The translations under genes and the position numbers were made by a program. Positions 56,981-64,000 of a stretch of 64,000 nucleotides of DNA are shown one piece after another. Below the pieces are notes generated by a model. The model did not search any database and was not told the origin of the DNA. It saw only the letters and a list, made by a program, of their open reading frames with translations. This stretch comes from the human T2T-CHM13v2.0 reference genome, Homo sapiens. The stretch lies in NCBI RefSeq assembly GCF_009914755.1, contig NC_060929.1. One strand, given 5' to 3'. How positions within the stretch are numbered: the first letter of the stretch is position 1; every line of letters starts with the position of its first letter.

Positions 56981-58837
56981 TTATATAGTTCTCCATTTCT
57001 AATCTATTTCATTTTCCTTTGCTCTGAATAACTTGTTGGAACATTTCTTGCAAGGCAGTTCTACTGGCAATAAATTCTCTCAATTTTTGTTTGTCTGAGA
57101 GGGTTTTTATTTCTCCTAAAATAATTGACACATAATTTCACAGGGTATAGAATTCTAGGTTGGCAGAGTTTTTTATTTTTCCTCTCAACACTTTAAATAT
57201 TTCACTTCATTTTCTTCTTATTTGCATGGTTTGTATGAAGCAGTCAAATGTAATTCTTATTTTTCCTCTTCTACAGGTGAGATTTTTTTCCTCTGACTTC
57301 TTTCAGGATTTTTGTCTTTAATTTTCTGAAATTTGAATATCATATGCCTAGGTGTAGTTCCTTCGGCATTTATTCTGCCTGGTATTCTCTGGATTTGTAG
57401 TTGGAGTGTGATGTTAGTTAGGGAAAATTGTCAGCTATTCTTCCGGGTTATTTTGTTGTTGTTTTTGTTTTTTACTTATGGTAAGCTTCTCCCTTTTAAT
57501 GTATAATTCTATGAGTTTGGACATATTCTTCTGTTCTTTTCTCTCTTTCTTTTCTAGTAGTCCCATTACATGTATGTTATACCTTCTGTAGTTGTCCCCA
57601 AATTCTTGAATATTCTGTTCTGTTTTTCTCATTTTTTTTCTCTTTGTTTTTCAGTTTTGGAAGTTTCTACTGTCCTATCTTCAAGATCAGAGATTCTTTT
57701 CTCAGCCATGTCCAGTCCCCTAAGGCGCTCATCAGAGGCATTCTTCACTATGTTACAGCGCTTTTGATGTCTGGCATTTCTTTTTTTTTCTTTCTTAGAA
57801 TTTTCATCTTTCACTTAAATTATTTATCTTTTTTTGCATACATCTACTTTTTTCATTAAATCTCTTAGCATTTTGATCATAGCTTTTTTTAAAAAATAAA
57901 TGTTATCTGCTAACTATAACATTTATATCATATCTGACTCTAGTTCTGATGCTTGTCCAGTCTCTTCAAATTGTCATTTTTGCCTTTTACTGTGCCTTGT
58001 AATTTTTTATTGACAGGTAGACATGATGTACTACACAAGGACACTATAGTAAGTTGGTCTGTAGAAATGTAGCAGTAAAGTGTACCTGTGGTGGCGAAGA
58101 AAGGGTGCTATAGTTCTACTATTAAGTTTCAGTCTCTTGGTGGGCCTGTGACCCCGGCCTGTGAACTTCACTAATGCTTTTTAGATTACGTGGGACAGGA
58201 TGGCTGGAGGAGGCTAGAGTTATGTATTTCCCTGCTTTCACATGGAAGGCTAGAGCTAGATGGCTTTAAATATTCCCCTTCTCCCATGTGGGGTAGGCTC
58301 TGATAAATCCCTAGCAGGTTAGCCTCTGGTAAAATAGTTTCTCTTGAGGGCAGAACTTATTAAGAAGAATAGAATGCTCTGGCATATTTCAAAGTGTTTC
58401 ATTTTTCCCTCCTTCTGCTGGAAGGATAAAAGGACTTTTCTTTGACATTAATTGTGGGGACCTGGTAGAACTCTTGGAAGTGAAGCTCCTAAAAGTTTGA
58501 GGACCTTCCTTTGAATGAGTTTCCCAGGAGTTTTTGAGTCTCAGATATGTCCGCACTGAGTCTCCTGTAATTCATCAATGGCAGTTCAGGTTTTCTAGCC
58601 CAGGCACAGGTTTCCATAAAGGTTTCTGCTCATGGGTTCCTGGTCTGGTAAGTTGTGATTCTCTGTATCCACTTGTCTGTCACTCCAATTTTGAGGACAG
58701 CAGTCTGCCTTGTGACCTCACTTTTCTGATGGATCTAACAGGAGTTGTGGATTTTACAGTTTGTTCTTTTTATTTGCTATTAGGTCAGGGTGATGACTTC
58801 TAAGCTTCTTGCATGCCAGATAGGAAACCAGAAGTTC

Positions 58838-59560
58838 CTAGAGGGAAATTTTTTAATCTTTCAATGCCTATATTAGAAATGAATAAAGTTTAAAATCAAT
58901 TATCTAAGCTCCCATCTAGAGAAGTCAGGAAAAGAAGAACAAAGTAAGGTGAAAAAGGGAAATAATAGAAATCAGAGTAGGAAGCAATAAAAAAGGATGA
59001 TTGGGAAAAACAACAAAGTCAAAAGTTTGTTTTTTGAAAGATTAACCCACTGAATCAACTACAAACAAAACTGTTCATTCAGAAATGAAAAGGGGAACTC
59101 ACTTCAAATTGTACTAAAATTTTAGGGTTAGTAAGAATATATTATAAAATACTTTGACACAAAATGAAATAGCCTTTCTCTATTAAATAAACTATATTTA
59201 TAATAATGAATATTTCTACAAAGAAAATTTTAGTTCTATATGGATTCACTGGGGATTTCTATGAAACATTTTAGGAGCAGAACAACCAAAGTCTTTCAGA
59301 AATGTGGAATTGTAACCTACAAACTACAGTAGAAGGTGACTTCAACTTCAGGTTAGGATATAGAAAGTCAGAGAAGAATGTGTAATTTTGTATTCCAAAA
59401 TCTACCATAAATATTAAAGGAAAAAAACTAAAGCCCAATATTTCTCATGAACAGGGACAGAATTTTTAATGAAATTAACCAGAAACAAATAAAAGACAAT
59501 AATTCCTCTTGACACAAGGAGTATGTATGCATATATCTCCTAGTAATGGTATATTGAAAA
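58838..59560 (+). mobile_element. Old L1M ORF2 fragments (continuation of 52730-52840)
   Basis: tagagggaaattt...aatgcctatattagaa (LRGKFIALNAYI-like); tggattcactggggatttcta. Confidence 0.65.
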
Positions 59561-59979
59561 TTAAAACAGAAAAACAGTGTCACTTAGAGTAGAATTTTAA
59601 AAATCAAGTATCTAAGAATAAAGTTCCCAGAGATATTCAGGACCCTATAGATATTAGTTCTAGAGCCTCTCAGGGAATCTGGTTGAGCATACATTGAGGT
59701 TGGACAAGAGAAATGGGGACCAGGGCCAATGCAGATGCCAGTCTCTGCTTAGGGTACTGTATTTAAAAGGAATCGCTGGTTCTCTCTAGTTAGAAATATC
59801 AAATGGGGGATATAAATTTTTTTTGAGAACGGCATTGCAAAACGTAAGGCTCTTGAGGCAAGGGGCTCCCTACCCTACTTTTCCAGGTCTAGGAGTGTTA
59901 TTATCTTTTACATTATCTAATTATCTAATTTCAAGTGTTACTGAGGAGAATTCTGGTATCTCAGTATTCTCCTTTGGTC

Positions 59980-60297
59980 TTTTTTTTTTTTCCTTCTTTT
60001 TTTGGACAAGGTCTTGCTCTGTCACTCATCCTGTAAGTGTGTGAGTGCCGTGGCACAATCTCAGCTTAAGCAGCCTCAACCTCCCAGATTCAAGTGATCC
60101 TCCCACCTCAGCCTCCTGAGTAGCTAGGACTACAGGCACCTGCTACCATACCTGGCTAATTTTGTTTATTTTTAGTAGACATGAGGTCTCACTATGTTAC
60201 ACAGGCAGGTCTCAAACTCCTAGTCTCAAGCAATCCTCCTGCCTCAGCCTCCCAAAATGCTGAGATTACAGATGTGAGGCATTACAGATGTGTGGCC
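59980..60297 (-). mobile_element. AluJ
   Basis: aaggtcttgctctgtcac...gcagcctcaacctcc...gaggtctcactatgtt; local duplication attacagatgtg x2 at its 5' end. Confidence 0.9.
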
Positions 60298-60689
60298 TCA
60301 GTGTTATTCCTGTGTGTTAACCATTTTCCTTTTCAAATTATCATGTAGTTATTTACCTCTTACAATATCTTTCTTTTCAAAGGATTAGTATGAGTGGTTG
60401 CTGTGATTTTTCTGTGGAATTGTATAAGCCTGTTTACCCCACATTCTTCTCAGCTAAATGGGAAATTTCATTAGTAATTCTATGTCAGTAGGTGGACTTG
60501 GTTGTAGAGTGTAGCCTGGAGCAGATCAAACATGTCAAGAACTCATACAATTGCAAAAATAGCAAGTGTCTTTACTTTGTTATTATCTTGTGTTACTGCT
60601 CTTTCCTGTTCTCTCAACTGTACATCGTTAACTAAGAGACAATTTACTCAAACTCACCTCTACTCATCCTCTCTGGCCTCTATAGCAAA

Positions 60690-60870
60690 CCCTTCCTTCC
60701 TTCCTTCCTTCCTTCCTTCCTTTCTTCCTTCCTTCCTTCCTTCCTTCCTCCCTCCCCTCCCTCCCTCCCTTCCTTCTTTCCTTCCTTCCTTCCCTCCCTC
60801 CCTCCTTTCCTCATTCCTTTCTTAATTTCTTCCTTCCTTCCCTCCTTCATTTCTCTCTCTCTCTCTTTCT
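60690..60870. repeat. (CCTT)n/(CT)n polypyrimidine microsatellite
   Basis: About 180 bp that is almost purely pyrimidine. Confidence 0.95.
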
Positions 60871-61100
60871 CCATTAAATGTTTAATAAGTGAATTGTATG
60901 TGCCAGGCACTAAATGAGGTGTTAAGGTTATAGTAAGAGCAAAACAAACATAGTTTCTGTCTTCATGGTTCTTACATCTAGCAAATAAATAGATATTAAA
61001 TAAAGAATTTTACAAATTAATGTAAAATAAGGACTGTGTTAAATGCTTTGTAGTAGAGGAACATGATACTATGAAATCTTCTAAGAGGAGAACATGTCCT
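60871..61100 (-). mobile_element. L2 3' end
   Basis: tatgtgccaggcact...aaaacaaacatagtttctgtcttcatggttcttacatctag. Confidence 0.8.
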
Positions 61101-62004
61101 ATAGGTACTCTTCATCCTATAGAAAAATGTGATTAATCATCATATTAATGCCAGAGAAGGAAGAATGTCCTTTCCTTCTTTAATTTCATTTTTTTCAGTT
61201 GCTGGTGTTTTTTAGGAAAAAAACATAAATAAACATATTTGTGTAATATGCAGTATTTTATGTTTCCAGGGTCACAATACCTAGCTCTCTTTCTCCTCAC
61301 AATCTGTACCGTGAAAAGCTTGTAAACCTGACATATAGTGAAATAGTTAACATTTTCAGGTTATTGCTATGCTTTAGCAGTTGGGAGATATAAAGTCACT
61401 GAATTTTTCTTGCTCTAAGATGAGGGACTGAAGGTTCATGTAAATGCTAAAAGAATTAACCTTGCATTTTATAAAATAGGATATTAATTATAATTGATAC
61501 TTTCTTCTTTTACCAGGTATGCTATGAGAATTAGAATTTATCTAGGATCACTAAATGAAAACAATATAAATTTACAAGAAGCATTTTATAATAGTAGAAA
61601 TGCTTTTATCACTTTTTCTAGAGTTAAGTCTCAAATTCAAAGTCTCAGAATTAAGGAAATTCTCAATTAAATTTCCTGTTGCAGTATTGTCCCTTGAACA
61701 ATTTTTTTCAGAAATAATGAAAAGAGTCTCGTAAGCTTCCTGGCCTTAGGGTAGAAGTGGAGCCCAAGAGAAAGACAGAAGGGACACAAAATTCCTTCTT
61801 TGGATGGATATGCACAAACCAAATGTCCATTTATTTATTCCAACATACTTTGAGAAAGAAAAAAGGAAAGACTTATTTCCTTTTGTATAAGTGGTACTAG
61901 TAGTTCTTATTTATATACTACCCAATAATAAGATTAAATAGAAAGTTAAGAATCTGACTATGACCACTGACACACTTCTGTACATTTTTTTCTTTTAGGG
62001 AGCC

Positions 62005-62081
62005 AAGCATTTCCACATATCTAAAAAATCCTGTGCTATAATTTTTCCACATGTCTAAAGCATTTCCACATATCTAAAAAA
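62005..62081. repeat. Interrupted 24-bp direct repeat with a partial third copy
   Basis: aagcatttccacatatctaaaaaa at 62005-62028 and 62058-62081; tttccacatgtctaaa at 62044-62059. Confidence 0.9.
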
Positions 62082-64000
62082 ACCTATCAGCAAAGTGTCA
62101 AAAAGAAAACTTTATAATTGCCATTTTTAAGAGCAATTCAATCAAAATCCAGCCAAAGAAAGTAAGCAAAGTTACTTCCAGTATGGAGTCTTTCAAATTT
62201 CTGTGTAACTTGGAACCAGTCTCTCAGGCCTTCTCTCTGCCTAAACATAGGCCAAAATTACATTTATGTTATACTATGGCTGCCCCAGGATCAAGGAAAG
62301 CAAACATTGTAGCCTATTCCTCTCAGAGTTCGAGTGGAAAAATGGGCCTGTGCCCCTCTGCTCTGTGATTTCCAATACGACATGGTGAGTCCATGGTGCC
62401 TCATTTCCTTCCTGATGCCCCCGTGTGTAACCAGTATTCTCATTATCATGCTTCAGATATTAACCAGAAACTACATTATTCTTACTGTTGTTTGGGAAAA
62501 AAAGAAAGAATTTACATGTTGTTTTTGTGTTTTATTTTAAAAGATTGGAAAAAGCACCTTCATATATGATTATATCAGCTCTTTCTCAAGGCCTAGTACA
62601 AGAGGTCACATTATCAAACACTTTGGTACTGCACACCCCATAATGCATTCCCCCACTATGGTGTTTCTGATTGCAGGACAACATTATTAAGTTAAGGCTT
62701 AATGTTCAAATATTTTGCAATTGTAAACTTAATTTTCAACACTGGCTCTCTATTGGTCAATTTGTTTTTGAAGTCAGGCTTCAGAATTTTATTCAAATTA
62801 TTGGCGTTAAGTTGCTCTTTTTCTATTAAGTGTCTTTGAAGAATTATTTTTGGCATTTATTTGCTATCTTGTAACAAAATATATAATGGTTTAGCATAAA
62901 CTCCACATTGAGCTGATTTCAATGCTTGTTGCCAGACCATTTATTTCATGATTTTCCCCATTTTTATCTTTTAATTTTGCTTCCTTCCTCTTTTATTAAT
63001 GAGTGATTTTTAAAAGAAGAGCACACGTTTGGCATATTTTCTAAGGTCTAATATACCCAAGGATGTATTTATGCTACCTTCACACAAGAAGGACCATTTG
63101 TGAATAAAATTGTTGAATACTAAATTGTTCTCTTCAAAACTGTAGACATTGCTGCATCTAGCGAAAAAGGGCAATTTTTCATTCCTCTTAATTGGTAATT
63201 TTCTTTCCACAGTCCTCATTTTAATTTTCTCCATTTATTCCCATAAGGTATATGATTGAGCCATACTTCCTCAAAAGTCAGAGTATGTGGAATCTTTATT
63301 GTCTTGGGATATTGATGAATTTCTTTCTTGGTTGCACAATTAGGAGGCATTTTCTAGTAGATATACACATGGTGTACCTCATCTGTGCAGAGATAGCATC
63401 TTCACCTATCCTTGTCTTCTGATATCTGATGCTGTAAACTCATGGAACATATGAAAACACACCAAAGCACACTACTTCCGAGGACAATGACCTCTTCCCT
63501 GTCCTGCAGTATGTCACAAAACTCACAAGATGTTGTGAGTCCCTGCCAGTGCCCTCGGTTGTCGCTCTGCGCAGATCCTTGCCTAACTTCCTCTCATGAA
63601 TTGCTTTCTCTGAGTGAATAAAGAAAGGTGGTTAGTGAAAAGTAGGAGAAGTGGATTGTGCTAAAAGGTGAAAGAGTTTGTACGACTGCAGTGTTGTGGT
63701 TTGCTAACTAATCCAGTTTTTATCTTATGATAGATCCTGATTCTCTGGGTCTGGGAGCAGGTGGAAGGAGAGGTTATCCTGAGGTTTTTGGTGTGTTCAT
63801 AATTTTTTTAGAAAAGTATTTCATTACAAGAAGCATTGCCTGGGTAGGTAAACAAACAGACAAACAAAAATAACAACTTTTTCAGCCCTTTGCCCTTACA
63901 ACATTCATTTCTAAAATTTCACCAAGTCAGGCTGGAATCAGAGTCATGGTTAGTTATCATCACTTACGTGCAGATTAATCTTAGGAAAAAATAGAAAATA

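Noticed and set aside
60532-60910. PSFL-repeat and EGRK-repeat ORFs
   Set aside because: Translation of the (CCTT)n microsatellite

Overview
Primate (most likely human or ape) non-coding genomic DNA, either a large intron or intergenic. I find no supportable protein-coding gene; the longer ORFs in the track come from repeats or low-complexity sequence. The window is dominated by interspersed repeats: about 13 Alu/FLAM, L1PA4-like, L1PA14-16, L1MA/MC/MD/ME, HAL1, L2, MIR, CR1, MaLR/ERVL/ERV1 solo LTRs, Tigger2a and MER81, often nested with readable target-site duplications (TSDs). Subfamily names come from remembered consensus features, not a database search. Most notable: (1) a frameshifted fossil of a non-mammalian-type L1/Tx1 ORF2 C-terminal CCHC domain at ~15.3-15.6 kb; (2) a ~400-bp non-tandem direct duplication of apparently unique DNA (29.9-30.3 kb and 33.2-33.6 kb) whose hairpins persist in both copies; (3) an L1 with two in-register 3' ends; (4) two 5'-inverted (twin-primed) L1s, one of them an old L1MA; (5) an MLT2A1 LTR retaining a DUX4-type motif; (6) motif-dense candidate enhancers.
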